A stretch of DNA of 64,000 bases from Daphnia carinata (taxonomy: Eukaryota): NCBI RefSeq assembly GCF_022539665.2, contig NC_081331.1:2542001-2606000 (forward strand), in the 5' to 3' direction. The notes below the pieces were generated by a model. The model had not been told where the DNA came from. It was given only the letters and a program-made list of their open reading frames with translations, and ran no database searches. Positions 13,701-27,548 of the stretch are shown here, piece after piece; within the stretch, counting starts at the first letter, position 1; every line of letters begins with the position of its first letter. The position numbers were made by a program, and so were the translations under genes.

Positions 13701-16700
13701 AATCTCACACATTTCAGTTGACGAAAATTGCAACGAAACACATCTATGAAATCTTTGTAAAAAATGTATCTGGTGCTTGTGTTACGAGGCCTATGTATGT
13801 AAGGAACAGCTAGTCTGAGACATGAAAGTTGCTGATTAATAATCAGCCCTAAGATTCACTAAAAAGTATGTGAAGGGCGACATAATTACGGAGAAGAAAG
13901 GCATAGGGAAAAGCCTGCATGTATGAAGAGTTTGTGTGCTCATCGTGAAGACAATAGACGGCCTCGTTATAGACGGCCGTATAAAAAGTTGGTCTATGAT
14001 GAGGGCATCAAGGCCCTTTTGCCATTACATAGGCCTGCCTTTTTATAGCTTATATAGACTCTGTATGTTGTCTCGAATGCTTGATGAACTAATGTGAACG
14101 ACTTGCAGGAGAAAGTCGCCTTCATTCACTGCCATAATCACGATCCTTCTATATATGCAGCATCTAATAATTAAAAGCTTCGACTACGAAGAATTGCCAT
14201 CTGAAATCGACAAATGCAGCCGACGGGAATAAAAATCTCTTTTCAAGATGCAGAACATGTTTTATAGAAGGGCAGCAGTCATTAATGACTTGATTGTTTC
14301 ATCTCAGCCCTTATTTGCATATATGTGCGGTAGGCTATAAAAGGCTGGACGCCAAATCGACTAAAGAGGCCTGCATCTTCAAGCCTAAAATGAAATGAGT
14401 GGTGAATGGGGAACAATTAAAATGTGAAAAATAACGCCACCGAATGAGGGATTTCCATCATTTTATATACGGAATGCATTGAGTTTCTTGAGGTTATTTG
14501 ATCCATGTGTTAATGAATTGTCATTTGAAGACATTATGGTGATTGGGTGTGGGCTGCTGTACGAAAAGTTCACAATATTTTTTGTTCTTTATAGAAATTC
14601 AATTGATTATTTCTTTTATTATTTTTGGATAAACCCGCACATCTAAAAATGTTGACGTATTTATTTTCATCCTTTATTTCTTTTTTTGTATTTCATCAGC
14701 CAAGATGTCATTTGTCAATTCATGAACGATTTCCTCCTTTAAAAGAAATAAACAGGGTTTGGAAAACCTGCTGCTAATGAAGACGACATCTGCACTAACC
14801 CTTTCCAAGATTTCGTTGTTGATTAACTGCAATCGGTGTCGAAGAGCTCGTATGACACGCTGCTGGTGATATCATAACAATGCAATCAAACAAATCCCAC
14901 CTAAAAAAATCGTTTAGGGCCCGCTGCTTTTTTTGTTGTCCCATTTCTTTTGTTTACGATCGACACAATAAAGGAAAAAAAACAAACAAAGAATACACGA
15001 GGCTCTAATATTTTTTCATATTGAAATATATGTTGGCCGTTTTATTCTACAGTGCCATGAAAAAAAAAATGTCCGTTGACATGTTGGAGACGTTATGGAT
15101 AATCAGTGGCTGGCTATACATCGGGTAAATAACTAAAATGAATTTAGAAATCCAACCAATGAGAATATAGCTCTCCAAACAAACGTGTTCGCTGCCTGAT
15201 GTCCGTCTTTCAATTACGTTTGCACTGACGCTCGTAGAGAGCCCTTGTGTCAATACACAGCCGCATACACATGGCTGGACACTCATCCACCAAATTTCCC
15301 ATTCGTTGGAGTTTTCCTGACGCTGACTCGCATCAGTGAAAAATGTATTCCCATCAAGCTTAAACGTTGCAAGTTTTTTACGCATTTGAAAATGAAAGGA
15401 AAGTGAGTTTTCAATGACGAGCTACATTCTTCCCAAGGAAAAATACCAGCGGCCGAATTTTGAAAAGACGGGCGTGTAACTTGAATTTGATCGAATCAGG
15501 CCTAAACGACGAGCGTCAACATCCCCAAGAGTACGAAGAAAATTTCTGTTTCATATTTAAAAATTGATAAAATAACCCAATTGATCTCGATTCAACGACA
15601 AAGATTTGCATAAAGAACGGCAAAAACTTGTGCCATTGCTCGGCTACACGAATTTTATAGCTAAGCTTTGAATATTCTTAAAAAGAGTTTTTAAATGTTA
15701 ACGATGAAAGAAACGATCGTAACGAAGCGAAAAGAGGATATTGGTTGACAAGCAAATCATTAACTATCGCCTAACATCAAAGAGGCTTTCAAAGGTCCAT
15801 CAGCATTTACTGCTCTATCCGCTGAAACGAAATTAAATCGACCTAAAACGTGGAACCACGTCAGTGTGAAAACTCGTGAAACAACAAGAATTAAACGTCC
15901 ACACGTTTTGTTTTAAAAATACATTTGAATTTCAGGCAATTTTCAGTCGAGTCTCTGTGTACATTTGGGAAGCGTTAATATTTGGATGCCAAAAGTGGGG
16001 AATATTACGGCCGGATGCCATACAGTCTGTACGGTTTTATCTTATCCATCAATCGCAATGTCAGCATGTCAGCCGTGTGTTCGCGCTATAGGCTCGAAAA
16101 AAAAAATTAAATGAGTTGCGCACAGTAATGCAATCACCCTTTCGACAAAGTGATAACAGCTGGCTCACCTGCCTTACTGATAGTCATCAAACAAAGAAAG
16201 AAGAAGAAAAAAAGGTTTACAAATGTTTCCATTATTTCGTATAACAAATAAGCAACTATGAAACAAATAACTGTGGGGGGGGGCGGTCTGCAATTTTCAC
16301 GTTTCTAACAAAAAATTAAACGCTTCACGACGCCCTGTTATTCACGACTACTTGGTTGTGTGTGACAATCATTTCCCTGCTGCGCCTGTGCTGGTTACAG
16401 TTGACTAATGCCACTACAACTTATCAATAGATTTCCGCTTCCTCTGTCGAATTTTATGAAACGTTAGAATATTATACAACGAAAGAGAGCGCGCTCACGT
16501 AGTTTTTCATTGTCGTGCGTTATCCGTTTTCCTGTTATCATTTCTTTTGCTCTCTACTGCTCTGGGCTATATCCATAAATGCTCGTTTATGTGCAAGAAA
16601 AAAAAAAGAATTGTGTTTTGTGATGGTGGCACTTCACACCACAGGGTGAGATAATTAAATCGATAGAATGTCCGTTCCGTGCTGGTTGGTCGTTGACTAG

Positions 16701-17984
16701 ACGCTTTGAAAAAAAAAAAAAAAAGGAATGACACGAATGACACGATCGCCCCCATCATCAATTGATGTCTCGAATAACAAAAATTTGTCACCTATAGTTG
16801 ACAATGGATTTCACGCTTCCCCATATCCAACGTCATTAGCTTCCGAATTTCAGGACTTTGGGTCACGTAACAACGAGCTTTTTATTATACATGCTGTATA
16901 CGATTTTAATTCAGTTTAAAGGGACAAGCTTGTCAATTTGATTGGCTCAAGAATGAATTTCCTTTTATGCAATGCCGTCACTCATTTTTTCTGACAGGAA
17001 ATTGTGCAATACTTTCCCAAATAGCAAAGAGGGATCCAATCAATAAAGAAAACAATTGGCACGTATATATGTACGCTATGAATGTATCTTATTGATTTTC
17101 ATATTAATGCATCGAAAATACAACACCCGGTAAACAGTAATTCGCAACGGCGCCAGGATGTCGATGTTATTTGATACTAATTGGCACCGTCAGTGCTGCC
17201 GAATGGCTCCAATCACGTTTTCACGACGATTGGCTTTCGACGAGACCGGATATGCGTCAAAATAGCTCAAGCTTTTCGTAGGTATATCGGAACGAAGTGA
17301 TCAACTGACGGATATTTTTTGTTCTCTTTTTAGCACAAAAAATTTACTATTTTCGTAATAGTTTCCGGAAGGAAATGCTCCAACGTAACGATGGCAGACT
17401 CACCTTTTTGAACTTCCATTTTTTTTTTTTTTAAACGACTCGAAATGCGCATGGAGGATACCTCGCCGACTTCCGTTTTTACTTTCTTTCTACGGAAGTC
17501 GGCTTCTTTCCTCTGAATTTCGTAATTTTTTTTGTAAACCCAAAAGCTCTTCCCTTTTTTCTCGTTCCCTTTTGGTGTTTCCTGATTGACAAGTCTGATG
17601 CTGCGTCCATGATGGTTACTTGCTGCTGTCTCCAAAACTGACAGCTGTGTTCCATCACCTTTTTTTTTCTCCTTCGTGCTATTTTTTAGAGAAATAAACC
17701 GTACCCTACACCCTTCGTTTTCAAACCAAACGGCCGTGTTGCAAGTCACAGCTCGTCAACTCGTTGTCTATACGAGTCAACGTTGTTTCTAAAACACTAA
17801 AATACATATTGACAGAGTGGCACTAGCCAACTATTACGTCAGAAGAGATACCAAGAACAAAAGGCTAGAATTATTATGAACTGACAAACTAAAAGTTTAT
17901 TTTCCTTTTTTGTTTTCATTTGGGCTTTGTATCTGTTTGTTTTGGCGTTAGGTGTACAAGTTGAAGAGTATTGACTTTATTTAA

Positions 17985-18424
17985 GCTACTCTGGGTTGCT
18001 TTAAAGCCTCTGATAATTCGATGGTTGGTTCAATACTTAACTGTTTTGGTTCTGATGTGGTGTCGTCCATAAAAGCGAACGGGCTCAAATTCTTCGGCCG
18101 TGTTGTCTTTTGTAAGTTGAACATCTTAGACATTTACGGGAATGTAAGGGAATCCTTTAAAGCCTGAACATCTTTTTTACTTGTATTGTGAGATTATTTG
18201 TTAGACTTTCCATAAAAGACGGCTGTCAATTGAAAACAATAACTATTTTGACTATATTCTGAGTTGCGAAATGTGCGACCATCAGCCATTTTTCTTGAAA
18301 TCAGATTACATTTGCAGATGTTGGGTGTCGTTTCCAATACCAAAGGACAGCGAGAAAGCCGACGGGTACATTTTGTATTCAGGACGATGACGCGTTCGAT
18401 CCCAGTGTTCAACAGTGTCTCTGA
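17985..18424 (+). pseudogene. Possible decayed chitin-binding (CBM14/peritrophin-A-like) gene fragments
   Basis: Fragments CFKASDNSMVGSILNCFGSDV (~17997-18060) and DGYILYSGR / DAFDPSVQQC (~18361-18418, needs a frameshift). There is a gtaagt donor at 18112 and a tcag acceptor at 18304. The resemblance is by eye only. Confidence 0.25.
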
Positions 18425-21400
18425 TTTCTACTACGTACATCGGATGGAGAAGATTTCGGTTTGTTAGGCCTGTTTCATTATTCCAGTACATCCAACAAGA
18501 CCTATTAACTTAGACGAGATGTTGAATGTAATTTTGTACTTGCCATTTCATTTGTTTCTGCTTCAGTCACGCACCGAGTGTGTAGAGTTTACTTCACGTT
18601 AACGTCCACGAAGATGAAAGTTGCAACTGTACTATAGTTTAATTGACTTGTCCTGTGTGCAAAAGTGCCTTGCTTGTTAGCGATTTTCTTCTACTTCTTT
18701 GTTGATGTACAAGTAGAAACGTGAGTCATACCTTTGCATAATTACTTCATCTGTCCGTTGATTGTTACTACTAGGAATCGCTTCTCGTTATAGCCAGAAC
18801 GTATAGAATTTTCTACATCCGTTTCCCCCAAGTCTTTTATCCCATAAACTTGCAACTGGCTGATCCTCAACAATTGAAGACTGTATAAAACGAAAGTGTA
18901 ATTACACGCTTTTCACGAGGGAACAAGAAAAGAGGGGCGTCCAAGCGCATCGCCGCAACGGCCTAACAATCCAGGGCCCACCGAATAAGCCGTTAGGGAA
19001 TCTATAATATTAACACACCATTTACGTATATATAGTGAGTGACGTTGCTGGCCAGCAATGGATGTTCATTGGCTCGGACTAGCGGTCTATTAGGCCCCCC
19101 ATCGTCTAAATAGAGTTCCAAATTGGAAGGCACAACACGTCGACGAGTTACAGAATAAGAGAAAAAGCTTTTTGGGAACACAAAAAAAAAAGACCCTAAG
19201 TAGAAAAGGAAAGAGGCGCGGGCTACTATAGGTATATACGAAATTGCAATGACATTTCAAGTGGCAACATGGAAAGTCAAGCTGCTGATGACGACGATGG
19301 ACATTACAGAGGGAGGAGCTGACTTGTCAGCCGCCAGCCAATCGCGACAAGTTGGAAACGCAGCGTGTGTGTGTCACACACACTCCGTCTCTTTCTACAT
19401 CCGTCTACACATAGTTGAAATATAATGAGGCAAGCGAACAGAAAAGAAGAGAAACAATGGGTGATAATTAGTGTGGGACTGCAGCGTCGTTGATTCGTGG
19501 ATGGAGGGCAGAGATCCGTCTTGACGCATCCATCTTGGCACTCATGGGTGTGTCAACTGCCGCACTAATTATTGTCCCAATGGAACGGAATCTTCGTTCA
19601 TCTTTACAAAACGAACGAAACGACCCTTCTGTTTTATTAGACCCGAAACGGGGGGAAAAAAGTTCTTAATCAGGCCACACACAATGGACTCCGTGTATTA
19701 CTCTCTTGGCTTGGATGTGATTAGCTAGCGAAGAACGCATAATTACTAGATGATTGCAAATTGGGAAGTATTTAATGCTCTATTGAATCCTAGGACATCG
19801 ATTATCCATCCTTCGAGTATGATAGCATCAAAGTTAAATCAAAAGTTAAATGGGCTCGTTCCTGGAGGCTCCTGAAATGAATTTCGGTGGAACATAATAT
19901 GACTGGAACGCAAATAACCCAACTATATAAAAATGGCATTAGTAAGCAATCAAAGAAGTTGTTCTTACCTTCGAGCTGGCCCCACTCGACCATCGAGGCT
20001 GGTCAATTTATGAAATCACTCGGACATGACAATCTTTGAAGTGTTGGCAACGAAAGTGGATCGCTCAGCCCTTGGATATTGGCGATTGGTTGAGCCAAAA
20101 TTTCCCACGAGCTTTCCCTGTTTACAGTCGGTCATCAGAAGATGCTCTTCTATCCAAAATTGTATGTATCTAACATGACGTTGAAAACGTTGTCATCCAA
20201 TTTCCAATAACGTTTGATCGAGGATGACAAATAATCGATATCATTATTAGATATTTTTCTAGGAACACATCAAAACTGATGTGTGTGGTTTCCTAGTTTT
20301 TACAACAACCATATACACACAATGCTACAAATATGAAGCAAAAAAAAGATGGCTTCCCAGGGCATTTGTGATGGAAATGAGAGGGTGGTTGTGGAAACTG
20401 GAAACTTTGCAACCGAACAAACACATCCACTCACACGACGAGCATTTTTCTCTATTCTTCTTTTGGCTCTTATCAATCTATGGCTCCATGTTCACACGAA
20501 ATGTTATGTGTACAATAAAAAAAAAAATTGATCACAAAGAGCTGAACTGCAAGTTTTTCTTTTTCATCACATATATATTCAGTGAGGGAGAATAAATCGA
20601 GGGCTGGACTGAATGCGTAATCGACTCAGCTTGGGGATGTTGGGGTCGCCCTTTTTGCTTATCTCTTATGCGACGCTTGCTGCTGATTCGCTCTCCTCCG
20701 ACTAACCAATAGGATAAGTCGGGACAGAAGAATAACAGCAACGTATTCATCAAACGAGAGTTATTATACAGTACATTGTACAACATACTGATGCGCATAG
20801 AAATTTTCTTGTTCTTACGCTTCGGGTGTATATGTTAGCATTTATGTACCTTGGCGTTCGTTGGTGTAGTCACATCACTTCATTTACAATTAAGGTACAT
20901 GTTTTTTACTTTCTTAATCACCTTCTGTGCTGTGAACAAGTGGAACACTCTGCAAAACAACGACTCTAAGAAAAATCAACGGTCTTAATGATGCCGCTCT
21001 ATACGTATCTAGTGAGCTTGTTCAACTTTTTTTTCCCTATTAGTATAACAGAATAATACAATGACAATAATGTGAAATTAGTAAGGGAGGAAATGTACCT
21101 TTCGCTCGATTCTCCATTTAAAGATAAGGAAAAAAAATGAGGACATGATTTGCATGCCGGGTGTGAGAAATTGAGCGCCTAAACGTTAGGGTTGAAGAGG
21201 CTAAAAAAGCTCTGTCGTTAAGTTGTGGCAATCAAATTGACTCGTCAGTTATAGGCCCATAGTATAGAGCGTCTATACAAAAAAAACGTCCATCTTAAAG
21301 AAAACAACTCGGCCACGGTGGACAGTCATGACTCGGACATTATTACAGAACCGACCGATGATGTAGCACATTCCTTGTATAACAGTTTTCGTAAAGGGCC

Positions 21401-24400
21401 AGCTGGAACCTCTTGAGACCGTCACTTTGCATCAATCGACGAGGAGATAACGAAGAACAAGTCGCATTGAAAAAAAAATTGTTTTTATTCACCTGGCTGG
21501 TGCTGGCCCGTTTTTGTGTCCAACATCTTAGCGCTGTTGATTCGTTGCCACCCCTCACTTAGTTGGATAATTCTTCAAATCGTGAATATGATCAACACCC
21601 AAGAGTTAAATAGTCATTTGTGTGCTCTGCTGTGTAGATGGCGAATGAGTGGAATGCTTCGGTAATTGAGGGCTAGATTGCCGAGTCATTCAACCCATTG
21701 GCCAGCCCATTGTATTGACAGAGCGAACAAGATGCTTCACACGCAATCTACTAGCATCCAACTTTGGAAACCATGTATCACAATGCAAAACTATTTTTTT
21801 AATGAATTTCGTGACTAATATAGATATATACCCCCCCCCCCCCCCCCGAGTTAAAGGAATGAGAACAACGCGATATTTTTAAAGAAAAAATGAATTTTCA
21901 AAAAAATGAAGCTGCTTGAAAATATTTGTTTTTTTCTTGTACTCGATTTAAAACAAGTTGCAAAAATTCTTTTCCAGATTTATTAATGGCTAATGTGAGC
22001 CGGATTTCACATCGAGATTGCCGCCGGAGTAATATCGATCACGCATAAACTGATGTGAGTGTGTGGGAGAATGTGAGAAGGGACTTAAACTACATTCTTA
22101 TAGCACCGACGTAATACTATTAACTCCCATTAGCATTCGGTGGTATAATTTTAACGGAAATCAAAGAGGACATTTGACATGAAGCCCTGTGACGATATAG
22201 CTGTAACGGACACGTCATCTATAACCCCCAGTTTTAAAAGAATATATAATCATAATAAATAGTGAAAACTAGTAAGTTCAATTAAGAATTGATTCACGCC
22301 ATTTTCCTAAATGGTTTTGTAGTTTTCATTTCTTCTATTGAGGCCTTCATGTGCCAATTGTTTTTCAGGTATTCATTGCTGAATGTCTTTGCATCGTCAC
22401 CTTAGATATGCAGGTTTTTGTGCGTGTCCAACGACAAAGGGATTTTAAAAATGCCAAGCTAAAATCCTTAAATTTCCTATGCTGGTTTGTTTGTGTTCTT
22501 GATTATATCCAGTTATTTTCCTTAAGAAAATGGTATTGTCAATACAATGGCGAACACTGCCTTACTGATTGGGTAGATAGAATTTTTTTGTTTAAACATG
22601 GGCGTTTTCTTGCCTACCCTTTGCGTACAACAACTGCGGCCGAGAAAAGCCTAACTATAAACAATGTAAGGGGAGGCATTGTGTCCTTGTGGAATTCTTA
22701 ACAATACCCGTTATAGCTGGCCGTAACAGCGCTAGATGCAGTATGTCCCAAAATGGGCCTTAGCTTGTCATTCGATGAACTCGAATGGCACAACGATTTT
22801 CTTTTTATTGCTATAACTCCTCCGCTAGCAGTTAACGATATAGGTGGAACGAGTTAAAAAGGGGTGGCATTAGAAACCATTCGCCGGCTCATATTTTCCA
22901 ACTGTGAAATACTTTAAAGGCTGTGCCGCATTTACAGACTGAATGATTTTCTCAACGCGGTCTCCGTCTAATGTTAAAAACTTTGTTAGCATTTGCGGAT
23001 TACTCAATCGTACTTGATGGATTCTATAGGCCTGTGGCATTCTACTTGGCGTGTTTTCTAATTGCCTATCTATATTGGGGGAAGTGAGTAATTGAGGCCA
23101 CTGACCTTGTAAGGATTTCTTATAAAATATATTTTCATTGATGTTGCATCCCGCAAGTTATGGTGCCTATGATTTGTCTTAATGTTAGTACTAAGAAATC
23201 TTTTCAGAATAAAAGAACGTAAATTTACAGAACTTTTGGCTTTATAATCTCGTATCCTTCATCATCAAAGTCTATTAAGCATTCGACATCACTTTTAAGC
23301 TTTTAATGATTGATTACGGATTACGCGGATACTCAGTTGAGACGCTTAGCTCAAATTAAGAACTTCCGTTGCGGAATCGACGCTTTCAACTATGAATTGC
23401 AAAGATGTTCTTGATATGTACTATTATTTACAAGTAGATCGGTAATCGCTTTATCTCTTTAATGTTGCAATTAAACCGAAGCCGATACTCGATTTTGATT
23501 TACTCTTCATTTTTAGTTTTACTTTTACATTATGGAACCATCGGCTTCTTGTGGATCTGTCCCTTTTCCTCATTTTGGACTCTGTTCAAGACATGTGCTA
23601 ATCGACACATTGGCGAATGGTGTCGGTTTTCTACATTTCTTGCAGAAGTTGGCGCCCTTTGTAGTTAACTAAAACTTGAAATCATATCTTTTTGCTTTCG
23701 TTTTTTAAAAAAGAACTAGAGGTGCACTAGGAAAGAGATTTGTAGTCATCTAGCGATATGCCATCCAACTAAACCTGTTTGAGAAAGCTGTTCGAAAAAC
23801 TACTCCAAGAGATGGCCAAACCACTTCAACCTTCCGTAAGCCACAAAGCGCAGCATAACAATATTAATTTTGCGTGCTGTATGTATTAACTATCTAGATC
23901 CAAAGATTCTTTTTCCGTGTCACATGTACGGAAAGTTCGATGAGTGAATGGTGTAACCAGTTTTGGATAAAAGATTTCCATTATCCGGTAAACCCGGTTA
24001 AGTTGTGGAGCTAAATATGGAAATAGAACGGATTTCTCGTGAATTAATTGAGATTTTAAATGGATGCCCTCCTTTAACCAGCAAAACAATTCTTCTCGTG
24101 AATAAGCGATATCACTGTCAGTAGCTGAAGCCAAACGCATTTTGCCGTTTCACGCACTACATCACAAATATGCCAATCTTTTGCACCGAGTCGGTTTGCA
24201 GCTCGTTTGAATCTATCAGTTGCATTCGTCTTTCCATTCAAGCAAACCGCACATGTTCGAAAACGGAGGATTTGGAGAAATACCAAAGAAATGATTTCTT
24301 AGAAAGATGTGCATGGCTTCGTAAGCAGTAATGCAACGTGCGAAGAAATCTATTCGAAATTGTCATTTTCCCACTTCAAGTTATTGAGCTCTCTATTCGT

Positions 24401-26600
24401 GACGTGTTTCTTGCGGAGAAACTGAGGAGAAAGCCCGGTATATGATATGCAACACTGCATCGTATCGCCACTTTAAAAGAGACCAGATAGAATAAAATAT
24501 TCTGTCTGTCTATTTTGTTTCTTTCTTACCTTTCTCCGAAAGAAAAGGGGGGGGGGGGGGGGGAGAACAACAACAACTGGTGAGCAACTTTCTCCTAGCC
24601 AGAGTATAACCAATAAGAAAACAGAATGTTTTGTTTACTGTGGCCCGGAAAACTCGAGAAAGAGAGGTCAAATGTTTTAAGTCGAAGAATATACATTTTA
24701 AAAAAAAGCAAGAGGGAAAAAAAAGGAGGAAATGGTGAACTCCAGGATGTAACAGAGGCCACCAAAAATGCACAAAGAAACTGAAAAAAAGAGGGGAGAC
24801 GGAAAATTGGTAAAAGCAGATAACGCGGAGAAAACTTTCTCTCCTTTCTTTTCTACCTGCCAAAAACACCGGAATCTATTGTTCACTTTCTCCGACAGGA
24901 CGATGACCTGATGACGAAGCCAAAACACCCAACATTTTTTTTTTTTTAAACACAAAAAAGTAGATCTTTCCTTGCAATCTGATATCATCTGATTAAGTGT
25001 CATCCCGTTTTTTATTTTTATTAGGTCAAGGCAATTTCAGTCTAATCGTGATTTCCTTGCATTGCTACCACCAACATTTTTTTTTGGATGGAGATGCTTT
25101 TTCCTTTCGTGATTAGGAAATGAAGAGAAACCAAAACATGACTAACCTACAAACAAAAAATACAACGACAGAACGAAGGGGAGAGTCACAGACTGTCCAA
25201 GGTAGTGCCGGCCTCGTTTCTAACTCCCTCTCTGTATTCTATTTCCCTTTTGGAGAAAGTCAGGGCTTACGAAATTAGTCATCGGAAATGGGCGCCAATC
25301 GGAAGCAATTTCACGATATTGCCACAAAGAGAGCTCAGCATCATTCATTTTCCTTCAGGTTAATAACGTCATCACATCACGTAAAGGCGGAGAAAGAGGA
25401 CTGCTTTCTCCAACGTTCCAACCTTTTCTCTGTAATGCCATAAAAGACTACAACACCCCAACGATTACTCATCCAATCGAATCACCTTGCCAACAATGTT
25501 TGGTTTTTGTTTTTTTGACGAGAAGAGTATTGAATATTTCAAAAGGATGATGCTATCATAATATTTATACTTGATATCAAATACTATACGTACATGGTTA
25601 CAACTGTGACATACGAGCTGGGTCTTTTTTGAAGCCGGATCTCGTGTTTTCGAAACGGCAACGAAAGTTTAGAAGTGAAAGTTAATTCCTGGCGGTTAAT
25701 CGACGATACAAAACTTGTCGGCATCGTTTTCTCACGGATGTGCTGTTGTTACCACTTGCGTGAGAAAAACGTATTAGGGAAAAACCAGATCTCCCAAAAC
25801 GCTATGCTTTAACACTATTATTTTCGATAACGGAAAGTTTTATGTAAATGGTCGTGGCCGTACGTTACTGGACAACGGTCGGGTCACCTTACATTTTCTG
25901 CATTACGTCTGTATTTGTGTAAATAAGAAAATATTGGTGTTGTTGATGGCCTTTTCTTGTGTTATAGAATAAAGTGGGAGTCGCCCAAGATGTTTATAGA
26001 ATTCTCTTTAAAAATAAAATTATCTTTCACACGCTTATTTACTTTCTCAGCTAACCCCCGTTTCTCTTTTTCACCCCTCCATCCTTTTTTAACTCGTATT
26101 TTTTTCCTTCCCCTGTTGCCGTTTTTCATCCAGGAGCGTGTATGAGGCCGGCTGCTTCACAGGTCAGAGGAGATGAAAGGAAATTATAGAAACTAGGACA
26201 GAATATGATCGCTCTAGCTTTAAAAAAAGGCTCAGGTCCCTTGTTGTATAGGCCTATACATACAAGAGATGGCTATCAATTTGATAATAAACATTTCTGG
26301 AGAAAGGACGAGCTGTGCGGGTGACCGACACGGAAGACTGGATGCATAAAAAAAAGAAGGCTCAAGAAAGTTTTTTTTCTTTATTCGTTTTGGGGTTTTC
26401 AAAAGGAGGGAAACGAAATGTTTAAGGGTGAGACGGATGCGCAAAGGTATAGGTTTTATGTGTGGATGAGGTACACAGTGTAATTATTCCTCTGCGCAGT
26501 GGCCTTTCTTCTTACTTTTCCCTCCTCTTTTCTCCTCCTTCTTCCCTGCATTTCTACTACCGCCATACCCACCTACTCTTTGGCCACCTCGTGGAAGAGA

Positions 26601-26614
26601 AAATGTAGGTCAAC
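26601..26614 (+). promoter_or_regulatory. RORE-type nuclear receptor element (HR3/E75 class) upstream of secreted gene 1
   Basis: AAATGTAGGTCAAC contains the WAWNTRGGTCA consensus; CAAGGTC follows at 26624-26630. Confidence 0.4.
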
Positions 26615-27548
26615 CGACGGCAACAAGGTCCGGGAAAGTTGGCTGGTTGAACAATCTTAAGAGAGCCGTGCGTCAGCCATCAAGCAGTCAGCACTCAGCC
26701 GCTACCACGGCCAGCCATCCCGGGAATCCCTCTTAACGGCCAGAAAACGACAAGCAAGCCACAAACTAATAAGGAGTCATCATACCATTGAAAGCAATAT
26801 TTTTCATCGTAAAATACAATATCCGACTATCGGTCGCGTTGCGACATTCGTCTTCGACGGGAGTTAAAAAAGGCGGTCCAGATCGGAGAAACTTTTGTTC
26901 TTCGCTTCCGCTCGGCCACTTTAAAGAGGAGGCACAGTCACTGCATCCAGACATTCACTGGCCATCCAGCCACGAAAGCGAATACATCCACTTTGATATT
27001 CCTCCGCATCGAATTGCAATTTTTATTTGTGAAAGAAATAACAAGACTAAACGAGGTAAGTCGTCTTCGGTGTTGTCTTCACCTACTACGCTGCGAATTC
27101 TTTAAATTATTTAACTTCTCCGTGGATGCATTTTCGTTCAACTGAGATATGTGATAGCCGCATTGTTTAGCACATGTCAGCTTCGACGTGTAAAGTCTTT
27201 GCATTTAACAATCTGGTTTGACCAGACAAGTAAATTGTCAACCGTGTTGTCACATGCGTGAGCGAGCGCACGACAAATCCCGTTCGACTAGTGCATTCAA
27301 TTTACTCATCACTTGGACATACCAATAGCAGACGCAATGCTATTTCAATAGAAGTGGGTTGAGGGCCTTTGTCGCTCTGTTTATTCAAAAGATAGTCCTT
27401 TCTTGAAACGCCTCGAATCTGCAAACTCATTGAAGCATTTCAAATGACAGTTGAATTATTTTGCTCAAGCCAAAAGAAATCGATAATTGTGCCAGTAAAC
27501 TATGCCAATGTTAACTCTCTCCATTTTGCTTTACAGGTATTTTGAAAA

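Noticed and set aside
23300..24430. Coding-looking stretch with several short overlapping ORFs
   Set aside because: Frequent stops in all frames and no motif I can recognise. It may be a decayed gene or transposon, but needs BLASTX.
21831..24564. Poly-C (~21831-21847) and poly-G (~24546-24564) tracts
   Set aside because: Simple homopolymers; similar shorter runs occur throughout the window.
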